Below are positions 8,086 through 16,634 of a DNA stretch of 33,067 nucleotides, piece by piece. The stretch is from Anaerolineae bacterium (GTDB lineage: Bacteria > Chloroflexota > Anaerolineae > JBHIDP01), in the NCBI GenBank assembly GCA_046760185.1, contig JBHIDP010000003.1, positions 1 through 33,067 of the forward strand, written 5' to 3'. Every line of letters begins with the position of its first letter. Position 1 is the stretch's first letter. The notes below the pieces were generated by a model, which made no database searches, had not been told where the DNA came from, and saw only the letters and a program-made list of their open reading frames with translations. Position numbers and translations under genes: made by a program.

Positions 8086-9892
8086 ACTGTCTATCTCCAA
8101 CTTCGCCATAATCGAAAAGCTAAACGTGCGCCTTGGGGCGGGCTTCAATGTACTGACCGGCGAGACGGGGGCCGGTAAATCCATTATCATTGATGCCCTC
8201 AGCACCATCCTGGGCGGGAGGGTGACCGATGAGCCTATCCGCTCGGGGGCCGATCAAGCCCGGGTGGAGGGGGTCTTCGCTTTCGATGAGAGATGCCGGC
8301 GCCGGCTCTTGCCTCTCCTGCGTGAGTACGGTCTGGATGATGAACAGGATCAGATCATCCTCACCCGTGAGATCAACCGGGGCGAACGAAACGTCTGCCG
8401 GGTCAATGGCCGAGCCGTCACCCTCAGACTGTTGGAACAAATTGGTCAGGTGTTGGTGGATATCCATGGCCAGACGGAACACCTCTCCCTGCGGCGAGTA
8501 AAGGAACATATGGATTATCTTGATCGCTACGGTGGTCTTGACCAGTGGCGAGCACAGGTAACCTCTCTGGTCGAGGAACTGCGAGAGGTGCGCGACGAAC
8601 TGAGGAAACTCCAGCAGGACGAACGGGAGTTGGCCCGTCTTATAGACCGCCTGGAGTATCAGATTCAGGAGATCAGGGCCGCCAAACTGCGGCCAGGGGA
8701 GGAACAGGAGTTGCAGCATGAGCGGACCATTCTGAGCAACGCCGAGCACCTGGCTACCCTGGTGGATGAAGCCTATCAGACCCTAGGCGAGGAGAGGGAT
8801 GAGCAGAAATCGGTCCTTGACCTTTTAGGGGAGATTACCCGTGTCTTTGGTAACCTGAGCGAGCTCGATCCCGTCCTCAAAGAGCAGGAGAAGGTGGTTG
8901 AGGGCATCACTTTCCAGGTAGAGGACCTGATTAGGACCGTCCGTTCCTACCGTGACAGCATTGAATTCAACCCCGCCCGCCTGCGCCAGGTGGAGGAGCG
9001 GTTAGACCTGATCTTCAGCCTCAAGCGCAAATACGGTGATACTGTCGAAGAGGTCCTCCAGTACGCGGCGGCGGCAGAGCGGGAACTGGAGGGAATCGCC
9101 CACAGCGAGGAACGGATTGAGGAGCTACAGGCCCGCGAGGCCGAATTGCTGGTGGAGCTGGGCAGACAGGCCAGGGAGCTCTCCCATGCCCGTCGCCAGG
9201 CGGCCGATCGGTTAGCGGCAGCCATGGAACGGGAACTGGAAGACCTCAATATGAAGCGGGCCCGTTTCGCCGTGGCCGTGGAACAGGTGGAATCGGAGGA
9301 CGGGGTTGAGGTTGACGGCCACCGCTATGCCTTCGACTCGACCGGCATTGACCGCGTCCAGTTCCTCATCTCACCCAACGTGGGGGAACCTTTGAAGTCA
9401 GTGGCCAGGATCGCCTCCGGCGGTGAGACCTCGCGCCTGATGTTGGCCCTGAAGACGGTTCTCTCCGCTGCCGATGAGATCCCTACCCTTATCTTCGACG
9501 AGATTGATGTAGGGGTTGGTGGACGCACCGGTGCCGTAGTGGGACGCAAACTGTGGAAGCTGACCCGGCCAAAGGTCGAAAAGCCCCTCGGGCTGAGCCT
9601 CGGGACGAAGCCCCTCGTTCCCTTTGAATCTGGCCCGACCGAGGGAGTAAAACATCAGGTTATCTGTGTCACCCACCTGCCACAGATAGCTGCCTTTAGC
9701 GATGACCACTACAAGGTTGACAAGGAGGTGGTCAGGGAAAGGACAGTGACCACGATGGTGGAACTGGGTCAAGATGAGCGCATCAATGAATTGACCCAGA
9801 TGCTGGGCTCTTTGGGCGAGATGACCCACCGTACTGCTCAGGAAATCTATGAGGAAAGTCAAAGATGGAAGGAGGAACAAAAGGAGGGCTAG
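8075..9892 (+). CDS. recN: DNA repair protein RecN
   Basis: LTGETGAGKS Walker A, DIHGQ, a coiled coil, ASGGETSRLML signature, FDEID Walker B and VTHLPQIA. Confidence 0.96.
   Translation: MLCELSISNFAIIEKLNVRLGAGFNVLTGETGAGKSIIIDALSTILGGRVTDEPIRSGADQARVEGVFAFDERCRRRLLPLLREYGLDDEQDQIILTREINRGERNVCRVNGRAVTLRLLEQIGQVLVDIHGQTEHLSLRRVKEHMDYLDRYGGLDQWRAQVTSLVEELREVRDELRKLQQDERELARLIDRLEYQIQEIRAAKLRPGEEQELQHERTILSNAEHLATLVDEAYQTLGEERDEQKSVLDLLGEITRVFGNLSELDPVLKEQEKVVEGITFQVEDLIRTVRSYRDSIEFNPARLRQVEERLDLIFSLKRKYGDTVEEVLQYAAAAERELEGIAHSEERIEELQAREAELLVELGRQARELSHARRQAADRLAAAMERELEDLNMKRARFAVAVEQVESEDGVEVDGHRYAFDSTGIDRVQFLISPNVGEPLKSVARIASGGETSRLMLALKTVLSAADEIPTLIFDEIDVGVGGRTGAVVGRKLWKLTRPKVEKPLGLSLGTKPLVPFESGPTEGVKHQVICVTHLPQIAAFSDDHYKVDKEVVRERTVTTMVELGQDERINELTQMLGSLGEMTHRTAQEIYEESQRWKEEQKEG
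9586..9612 (+). repeat. 27-bp palindromic repeat unit inserted in frame in recN
   Basis: CCTCGGGCTGAGCCTCGGGACGAAGCC. AAGCCCCTCG recurs at 9581-9590 and 9608-9617. The unit resembles the reverse complement of the outer element at 21189-21240. Confidence 0.55.
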
Positions 9893-9895
9893 AAA

Positions 9896-10930
9896 ATGAC
9901 AGGAACACCACATCCGGTCATGCTTATCCACGGCTTTAGCGGCAGCCCCGAGCATTGGGAACTTGATGGCTTCACCGATTTCCTGGTGGAAGGTGGAGGC
10001 TTTGACCCTGACCTGATCCATCTTTTCCACTATGGGTACAAGGAGGAGGGAGGAAGACCGGTCTACAACAACCAGGGGGACATCACCGCGATTGCCCACC
10101 GCCTGAGCGAGTATCCTACCGATGTGGCTGAAGAGTTGGACAGTCAGATAGATCGCCTGAGCCAGGAGAGCCTTGGCAAGGGTGGGCCTGAGAAGGTGGA
10201 CATTATCGCCCACAGCATGGGGGGGATCATCGCCCGCTATTACCTGAGCTGCCGAGAGGCTGACCGCTGGGGCACCAAGTACAGCGGCAAAGTGGGCAAA
10301 CTGATCCAACTGGGCTCGCCGAACCTGGGGGTACCGACCATTCAGGTCATTGAGCAACTGATCCCCGAAGACTCTTGGATACGCGGCCTGCTGGATTGGA
10401 TCGAGAAGCTCCCCTTTGTCACTTCCCAACCAACCAAGGTCTTGGAAAGGCTAGAGGCCAACGTCAGGCGGATGCAGAGCAAGGCTATTGAGGAGGAATT
10501 TGGGGACATCTCAGTTGATAGATCAATCCTGGATTCCCCTGCTCTCGATCAACTGGTCTCCGGCAGCCCCTTCATGGAGGAGTTGAACCGGCCAGGAAAG
10601 ATGCCCGAGGAGGTGGATTACCACAGTTGCTACGGAGACATAAGCTTCAACCTGGAGGTAAAGCTACTGGGGATGCCTATCTTTCGCCGGACGATCCCAC
10701 TGGGGGATATGATCGTCCCGGCCGAGAGCGCCTCAACCATCCCCGGCGTGGAGGTGCAGCGGCACCCCTTCACCGAAAAGTACGATCTGATCATCTCCCT
10801 TGGTCGCGCCGCACCGACCCCGCCGATAGCCACCCGCGCTTTCGCCGACTACATGCCTCCCTGCTACCACAGCAACCTTCGCCGCAACCGGGAGATTCAG
10901 GAGACGGTGCTAAGTATCTTGACAAGCTGA
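9896..10930 (+). CDS. Alpha/beta-hydrolase (lipase/esterase, PGAP1-like)
   Basis: IHGF oxyanion motif, AHSMGG nucleophile elbow, LGSPNLG, and candidate catalytic Asp (GDMIV) and His (YHSNL). Confidence 0.85.
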   Translation: MTGTPHPVMLIHGFSGSPEHWELDGFTDFLVEGGGFDPDLIHLFHYGYKEEGGRPVYNNQGDITAIAHRLSEYPTDVAEELDSQIDRLSQESLGKGGPEKVDIIAHSMGGIIARYYLSCREADRWGTKYSGKVGKLIQLGSPNLGVPTIQVIEQLIPEDSWIRGLLDWIEKLPFVTSQPTKVLERLEANVRRMQSKAIEEEFGDISVDRSILDSPALDQLVSGSPFMEELNRPGKMPEEVDYHSCYGDISFNLEVKLLGMPIFRRTIPLGDMIVPAESASTIPGVEVQRHPFTEKYDLIISLGRAAPTPPIATRAFADYMPPCYHSNLRRNREIQETVLSILTS

Positions 10931-10946
10931 GAGAGGGGTGGAATAG

Positions 10947-12800
10947 CTACGATTCTTCTCTGGTTCCAACCAAATACCGGGCCCGCCAGGGGCGGTAGCG
11001 GCTGAAGAATCTCTGCCGGGCGATCTCCTCATCGCCCCGCTTGATGATACGGTAAACGGTCACGTTTTTGCCGTCTTTGGCCCAATCCACCTGTTTGCGA
11101 GTTCCCTTAGGCAGGGAGGGGTCATCCTCGAGGATGGGGGGGCCATGAGGCACTACGTTCTCGATGAAGGGACCTTCTATCTCCACCTCTCGATCAGGCT
11201 TTGTTCCGTAGAAGTTGAAGGTCACCGTACCGGCCCTCAGGTCTGTCTCGGTCTCAATGAGGATGTAGTGGGGGGTATCGTTCCGGAACTTGAAGTCCAC
11301 TTCGGGAGCATAGACCGTGGCGTCCAGCCCCACCGGTGGTTCATACCAGGACACGGTGTAGCCGTGAGCCCAACGTTCAGTGATGGGGTAGCCTCCCCAG
11401 AAGGCAGCCCTGAAGGCCGTGGTGGAAACCTGGCAGACCCCGCCACCGATCCCTACCTGAGTGCGGTCGCCGTAGATGATGTAGGACTCCTCATAGCCGC
11501 TGGCATCCACCACGTGGCCCAGATACTGGTTGAAGGAGAACTCCTCCCCGGGGGGTACCACGATACCGTGGAACTGGGAGGCGGCCGTCCTGATGTTCTG
11601 CATCCGCCCCCAGGATGAGCCGCGGAAATAGGTGGTACCTGAACTGGCCAGTTCGGTGATATTCATGATGGCCATATCGTCGGTGGTCACCTTGGGCCTG
11701 GTCAATATCACAGGCAGAGATATAACCCGCTCGGAACCGGTTATCTGGGCGTTGATCAGGTCAATGGTGGCCTCAACATCCAACTGGCGTCCCTCCTGGC
11801 TGAGCACCAGGGGTGTCAATTGCCCTGTCTCCTCATCGAAGTCGAAACGAGCCTCTCGTGCTGGCTGACTGATCTGGCGGGCAATCTCCATAACGTAGGC
11901 TTTCAGTTTCCCCTGATCCAACCCCGGAACCAGTTCTACCTGTCCCCCCTCACCTATCCGCTGGGGGATAACCACCATGTCCGCCAGGGCTGCCCGGTCC
12001 AATGTCCAGCTTCGTTCTAAACCTTGGTGGAGCAGGTTCCCCTCAGCATCTTGCAGCCAGGTCTGGTCGGTGAAGATTAGCCTCAGAGGAGAACCCAGCA
12101 TCTGCTGGAGGGTAGCGACCGTGTCCGAGGCATCGGGGATGGCCGGAGTGATCTCTTCCACTACAAGATCAACAGTCTCCCACGAGTCGTTTAACAGATG
12201 CTGCTGTAGTGCTTGATGGCTGGCCTCGACATTCAACCTTCGCCCTACCTGTCCGGGGACAGCGCTCACTTCTAGACCTTCGATAACCAACTGAGCGTCC
12301 CGGGCTGGGAGATCAATCTGGCGGGCCAGACGACTGAGGAAGACGGTGGCTACCCCCTGGTCAACCTCAACCATGGGAGACACGCTACGGCCGTACCACA
12401 ATGCTCCGGCCTGCTCACGCATGTTGTCCCAGAGGTCTCCCTGGCGCCCCACTCGATAGGCGGCTGCGGCCGTGGCCTCCACATTCGGAGTTACCCCCAG
12501 ATCCAGAGGTGATGCGCGCCAAGCCAGGCGGCCGTAATGCAGCGTCAGCCTCTTCTCATGCAGATGAGAGGCATCCTGGCGCAGGAGGTCCTCCACCTGG
12601 CTGACTGAGAGGCCCCCGATGTCCAGACCCATGGCCTTCACCCCCAGATAGACGCGATCGGTGAACAGGGTCTGGTACAGAATAAAGATGCCTACCAGGG
12701 TCAGGATGAACAGGCCCAGGAATAGGGCCAGAGTGGAGAGCAAGCGCCCTACCAACAAGGGAAATTGTAGTGCGCCGACCGTCCTTGCTTCCTCACTCAC
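10947..12800 (-). CDS. VanW-family protein with N-terminal TM anchor and peptidoglycan-binding-type repeats
   Basis: FSFNQ.LG, GIGGGVCQVSTTAFRAAFWGG, ERWAH, GLDATV and DFKFRNDT. GTG start at 12800 preferred; the ORF can extend to 12842. Confidence 0.88.
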   Translation of the reverse strand: MSEEARTVGALQFPLLVGRLLSTLALFLGLFILTLVGIFILYQTLFTDRVYLGVKAMGLDIGGLSVSQVEDLLRQDASHLHEKRLTLHYGRLAWRASPLDLGVTPNVEATAAAAYRVGRQGDLWDNMREQAGALWYGRSVSPMVEVDQGVATVFLSRLARQIDLPARDAQLVIEGLEVSAVPGQVGRRLNVEASHQALQQHLLNDSWETVDLVVEEITPAIPDASDTVATLQQMLGSPLRLIFTDQTWLQDAEGNLLHQGLERSWTLDRAALADMVVIPQRIGEGGQVELVPGLDQGKLKAYVMEIARQISQPAREARFDFDEETGQLTPLVLSQEGRQLDVEATIDLINAQITGSERVISLPVILTRPKVTTDDMAIMNITELASSGTTYFRGSSWGRMQNIRTAASQFHGIVVPPGEEFSFNQYLGHVVDASGYEESYIIYGDRTQVGIGGGVCQVSTTAFRAAFWGGYPITERWAHGYTVSWYEPPVGLDATVYAPEVDFKFRNDTPHYILIETETDLRAGTVTFNFYGTKPDREVEIEGPFIENVVPHGPPILEDDPSLPKGTRKQVDWAKDGKNVTVYRIIKRGDEEIARQRFFSRYRPWRARYLVGTREES

Positions 12801-12857
12801 GGCAAGACCTCTACCCTTCTCATCAGGTCTAACAACAGCCAAATACCATTATTCTGA

Positions 12858-12954
12858 ACCCTTGCGAAGGTTGCAAATAGGCTTAGCAATGGGCACTATC
12901 TCCCCATCCAAAGCCAATTTCGTAGCGAAACCGCCTAGAAACCTTCGCAAGGGT
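12858..12954. repeat. REP/REPIN-like inverted repeat pair
   Basis: Perfect 15-bp inverted repeat ACCCTTGCGAAGGTT (12858-12872) / AACCTTCGCAAGGGT (12940-12954) with a 67-bp spacer. Confidence 0.8.
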
Positions 12955-13000
12955 GAGATGATCTGAATAGTTCATCTATCCTAGAAATCGGTGTGAGTTC

Positions 13001-13279
13001 CTACAGCAAATCTAGTCCTTCCTCCGGAAGGTGTTTGGGAGGACGTTTGCGAGGGCGTTTAGCTTTGGGCTTCTCCTTCAAGGGGATGCGAAGCTCCATG
13101 CCTATACTGATCTTATCGGGGTCGGCGATCAAGTCCTTATTGGCCTCATAGATCTCCGACCAGCGGCTGGCATCGTCATAGAACTTCTCGGCAATGCCTT
13201 GCAGGGTATCACCCGATTTCACCGTGTATTTCGTTTCCGCTCTGGTCTCCCCTTTTTCAAATCCTTCTTCCAGTGACAT
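13001..13279 (-). CDS. LysM peptidoglycan-binding domain protein
   Basis: YTVKSGDTLQGIAEKFY...W..IYEAN...DPDKI..G.ELRIP. ATG 13279 follows AAGGAGG. Confidence 0.9.
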   Translation of the reverse strand: MSLEEGFEKGETRAETKYTVKSGDTLQGIAEKFYDDASRWSEIYEANKDLIADPDKISIGMELRIPLKEKPKAKRPRKRPPKHLPEEGLDLL

Positions 13280-13341
13280 GATCTTCCCTCCTTGTTGGCA
13301 TTGAACATACAACAACTTTACGCTTTCAAACACCTTTTACC

Positions 13342-13370
13342 ATTATACAGCATCGGCTGGGGGCTGTCAA
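13342..13370 (-). promoter_or_regulatory. Consensus sigma70 promoter for the LysM gene
   Basis: Minus strand TTGACA-17 bp-TATAAT, a perfect consensus. Confidence 0.8.
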
Positions 13371-13604
13371 GGAAGGATTTGCGGGCTTGCGCCCAACCGC
13401 TGCGTAAGCCCTTTGCCGAAGTGGACATAAGTTAGCTGATAGCTTGCCTCGCTTGATGACCAATGTTGAGCTCGTCGGGCGGGACGGGCAAGATGCATTT
13501 GACATCCTTCTTCGGGTGGTGCTGCACCCTGATCCTACCTCTCACCCCCTCTCCTTGTCCCCCTGTCTTCCCCTCTCCCTCTGACCTCGGACTATCCGAC
13601 CAAG

Positions 13605-13644
13605 GACCACCTGACCACCCGACCACCTGACTACCTGACTACCT
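13605..13644. repeat. Tandem 8-bp repeat GACYACCY x5
   Basis: GACCACCT GACCACCC GACCACCT GACTACCT GACTACCT, with degenerate units back to about 13583. Confidence 0.8.
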
Positions 13645-15617
13645 CACTCCAGCGCCTCCTCGATGACCTCCCCATCCACACTGTCAGCCGGCTCGAAACC
13701 CAGCAGCCAGGCGGTGGTGGGGGCCACATCCACAGCCCGGACCGGTCCGATGGTTACCCCCTGGCCAATCCCTGCTCCAGCGGCGATGAATATGCCCCAC
13801 ATCTCTGGCAGGGTGGAATCATAGCCATGTTGCCCATAGAACTGCAGAGGCTCGAAAGTTTCGGTCCGATCACGATGGTAGTCGGGATAGAAGCCTGGTC
13901 TGGCCTGAGCGAAGACATCGCCAGCGTTCTCGCTGGCCAGATGGAGTTCGTCCAGTTCCTGACGCCTGAATATGCGGGGGAAGACCGGTTCACCCGTCTG
14001 GGGGTCGGCCAGGTCTGACAGGATAGCGATGATCTCCTCCTGCACCTCCTCGTACTGCTCCTGGGGCACGATCCCACCCGCCTCGCGCCCGGCCAGGTTG
14101 ATGTAGACATGCACTGCTCCGCCGGAGGTTACAGCATTGGCTTTGGTCTTTCCGACATCAATGTAGTACCTTTCGGTATCTTCCAAGACCATCAGCCCCT
14201 CGTCAATCAGAACCTTGTTGACGTTGACATAGCTGTGAATGGGTGCCATGCCATGATCTGAAACGATGAGGACCGTCGTCTGGCTCAAATCTATGGCTTC
14301 AAGCAAATCGGCCAGGTTGTCGTCAACCAGCTTGTGGGCCTGACGGTAATACTCGGCGTACTCGGCAGCCAGTTCGGGAGAATAGTTGTATTGACGTTCG
14401 TCCACCATGAGGAACTGGTGGCCTGCTTCATCAAGAGGACCCTGCCAGGTGAGCATCAGATCGGGCCGGTATTTGTTGTAGACGTAGATGGCCATGTCCA
14501 TCATCCACCGCGATTGCGTCTCCATCATGGTCATGTAGTCCTGCGATGTTATCCACCCGTGCTCCAGGGCATAGTAGTCTGGAGAAGGAGGAAAGAAACC
14601 GAAGCGGCCGATTATGTCCCGTGCCAGTTCCATAGGCGTGATCTGATTGTAGTTGACCCGGCTCTGGAAAATGGTGAATTCTTCCAGGGACGGGTTGGTT
14701 ATCTTGAAATAGGCCCCACTCTTGATCAAGGGGTCTATCACCAGGGGAGCCCACTGCTCCTCGCTCAGGGTGGCGCTCTCCTCCCCGATCTCCTTATCCA
14801 GGTCGAGGATGAACCTATCGTAGTTTTCTGCCTCATCGTCGCTACTATCAACGGCCAGGAGGTTGACCGTGGCCAGGGGAGCATCACCTTTGGTGATGGT
14901 GAGCGCTGCTTCTTTGAGAGGGCTAAAGGATTGAGGAGTGTTGGTCCAGCCCTGGGCCTCCTCGAAGGTGAGAGTGTGCAGGTTAGAATAGGCGTCACTC
15001 TCGCCAAAGGCTATGGTGTAGTCGGCCAACTGGGTGGGGAGGTCAACATCGGCTCCGGCCCAGAACACGGCCGCAGTACGCAGGCCGTTGCGCATGGCCG
15101 TGCGCCATATCGGTTCGGCCGCGCCTGTCCTGAGCCCCGCCGAAGGGCTCATCGCTGTTTCAAAACCGCTGGCAGTTTGATAGATGTACTTGCCCGGCAC
15201 CCGAAAGGTGTTGGCCACGATACCGGTCTTGTCCGGATAGGAACCGCTGCCGAGGGAGGCATAAGCAGCAGCGGTGACGGACGGATCAATGGTCTGCAAG
15301 TATTCGGCTTTGACGCCCCGCTGGACCAGCTTGGCCAGGTTGGGCATAGTCCCGTCGGCCATGAAGCCTTCGACCATGTCAACCCGGGCCCCGTCCAGAG
15401 AGAGGATGATAACCCCCCGCCCCTCGGGTGCCAAAGGTAGAGGGGTAAGGGTGGGCAGGGGAGTAGCCGTAGCCTGCGGGGTGACGGCCGCTGTCTCAGC
15501 CGGGGGAAGGGTGGATACCGGGGACGGGGTCGGCCCCACCCCACAGGTGCTGACCAACGAAACCAGAATCAACAAGATAGCCACGCCCACAACCCTGGAC
15601 GCTATTCCTTTCATCAT
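13644..15617 (-). CDS. Alkaline phosphatase superfamily nucleotide pyrophosphatase/phosphodiesterase, probable lipoprotein
   Basis: Signal peptide with Cys and a Pro/Thr linker. Metal-binding and catalytic motifs SLDG, PSVT, DEAGH, SDHGM, GQHGY and VDVAPT. Confidence 0.88.
   Translation of the reverse strand: MMKGIASRVVGVAILLILVSLVSTCGVGPTPSPVSTLPPAETAAVTPQATATPLPTLTPLPLAPEGRGVIILSLDGARVDMVEGFMADGTMPNLAKLVQRGVKAEYLQTIDPSVTAAAYASLGSGSYPDKTGIVANTFRVPGKYIYQTASGFETAMSPSAGLRTGAAEPIWRTAMRNGLRTAAVFWAGADVDLPTQLADYTIAFGESDAYSNLHTLTFEEAQGWTNTPQSFSPLKEAALTITKGDAPLATVNLLAVDSSDDEAENYDRFILDLDKEIGEESATLSEEQWAPLVIDPLIKSGAYFKITNPSLEEFTIFQSRVNYNQITPMELARDIIGRFGFFPPSPDYYALEHGWITSQDYMTMMETQSRWMMDMAIYVYNKYRPDLMLTWQGPLDEAGHQFLMVDERQYNYSPELAAEYAEYYRQAHKLVDDNLADLLEAIDLSQTTVLIVSDHGMAPIHSYVNVNKVLIDEGLMVLEDTERYYIDVGKTKANAVTSGGAVHVYINLAGREAGGIVPQEQYEEVQEEIIAILSDLADPQTGEPVFPRIFRRQELDELHLASENAGDVFAQARPGFYPDYHRDRTETFEPLQFYGQHGYDSTLPEMWGIFIAAGAGIGQGVTIGPVRAVDVAPTTAWLLGFEPADSVDGEVIEEALE
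15123..15146 (-). repeat. 24-bp palindromic repeat inserted in frame (encodes PSAGLRTG)
   Basis: CCTTCGGCGGGGCTCAGGACAGGC on the minus strand, with near-identical intergenic copies at 16560-16583 and 21204-21227. Confidence 0.8.
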
Positions 15618-16426
15618 CGTCTCTCTCCCGAATCGGTTTCAGGCACGGACTGAAGCAACTGCTGGTGGATGAGGCCGTTGCTGGCCAGACAATGGCCGAT
15701 CCCCAGATGGAAAGGGTTTCCTCGTATGTCAGTAATTGTCCCGCCAGCCTCCTGGATGATAAGGCTGGCTGCAGCCGTGTCCCATGGAGCCACGGCCAGG
15801 TTGAAATACCCATCCAGCCAGCCAGCTCCAACCATACAGAGAGCCATAGCCGCTGAACCGGTGGCGCGGAGGGTGACCACTTTGGGGGCTAACACACTTA
15901 CCAGCCTGGCCGTCTGCCTCCTGTCCTCCTGCTCGCGGGCCCAATCAAGTCCGATCAAGGATTGCCCCAGCTCGTCCCGTTGACTGACCCGTAAGGGCCT
16001 ATCGTCCAGGTAGACCCCCTGCCCCTTCCGGGCATGGAACATCCAGTCACGGAGGGGGTCGTAAACCACACCGACGAGCACCTCAGCCCGATGGGTCAGG
16101 GCAATGGAGGTGGAGAAGAAAGGGAAACGGCGTGAATAGTTGGTAGTGCCATCCAAGGGGTCAACGATCCACAGATAATCACTCTCCCCCGTTTCTATCT
16201 CCGATTCTTCGGACAGGACGACGTGGTCGGCATAGCCAGCCTGGATGATCCTCAGAATCGCTTCCTCGGCCGCCAGATCAGCCTCAGTGACCAGGTCACG
16301 CAGCCCCTTCGATCTGATATCCAGCGGCTGGTAGAGCCGATCCATCAGTATTCTGCCCGCCTCACGGGCTGCTTCGACTGCGGTCGCCAGCATCCTCTCT
16401 ATCGGCTGTAGGTCCTGGCAAGACAT
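15614..16426 (-). CDS. suhB: Inositol monophosphatase family protein
   Basis: DLVTEAD, SEE, WIVDPLDGTTNY, R..GSAA and PWDTAAASLIIQEAGG. Confidence 0.9.
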   Translation of the reverse strand: MSCQDLQPIERMLATAVEAAREAGRILMDRLYQPLDIRSKGLRDLVTEADLAAEEAILRIIQAGYADHVVLSEESEIETGESDYLWIVDPLDGTTNYSRRFPFFSTSIALTHRAEVLVGVVYDPLRDWMFHARKGQGVYLDDRPLRVSQRDELGQSLIGLDWAREQEDRRQTARLVSVLAPKVVTLRATGSAAMALCMVGAGWLDGYFNLAVAPWDTAAASLIIQEAGGTITDIRGNPFHLGIGHCLASNGLIHQQLLQSVPETDSGERR

Positions 16427-16505
16427 GCTCTGCTACTCCATCATTGACAAAAGCCAAGCGAGTTGGCCCTGGACGAGCCAGTTTCCAGCCTGACCGGGTT
16501 GATTT

Positions 16506-16619
16506 AGAACCTATCCGAAAAATAGCAGGCAGGGCTCCCACGCCCGGCAACCTGGCGGCCCTTCGGCTGCGCTCAGGACAGGCATGGGAGCCGCTCCGCT
16601 GACTTTTCGGATAGGCTCT
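16506..16619. mobile_element. MITE-like element (~114 bp) with 16-bp terminal inverted repeats and a nested 24-bp repeat
   Basis: AGAACCTATCCGAAAA (16506-16521) / TTTTCGGATAGGCTCT (16604-16619), one mismatch. Inner inverted repeat GGCTCCCACGCC / GGCATGGGAGCC. Nested unit at 16560-16583. Confidence 0.65.
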
Positions 16620-16634
16620 TGGCCGGTCAGCAAG

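Noticed and set aside
13383-13414. Hairpin GGGCTTGCGC...GCGTAAGCCC as terminator of the phosphodiesterase operon
   Set aside because: The T-tract is on the plus-strand side while the operon is on the minus strand, so the function is unsupported.
13432-13626. 64-aa minus-strand ORF
   Set aside because: Largely translated low-complexity repeat sequence.
13583-13644. Possible CRISPR array
   Set aside because: 8-bp tandem units without spacers, and no cas genes in the window.
14334-15440. 368-aa antisense ORF, and similar ones at 4065-4973, 9398-10429 and 16584-17438
   Set aside because: They lie opposite well-supported genes, as expected in GC-rich coding DNA, and show no family signatures.
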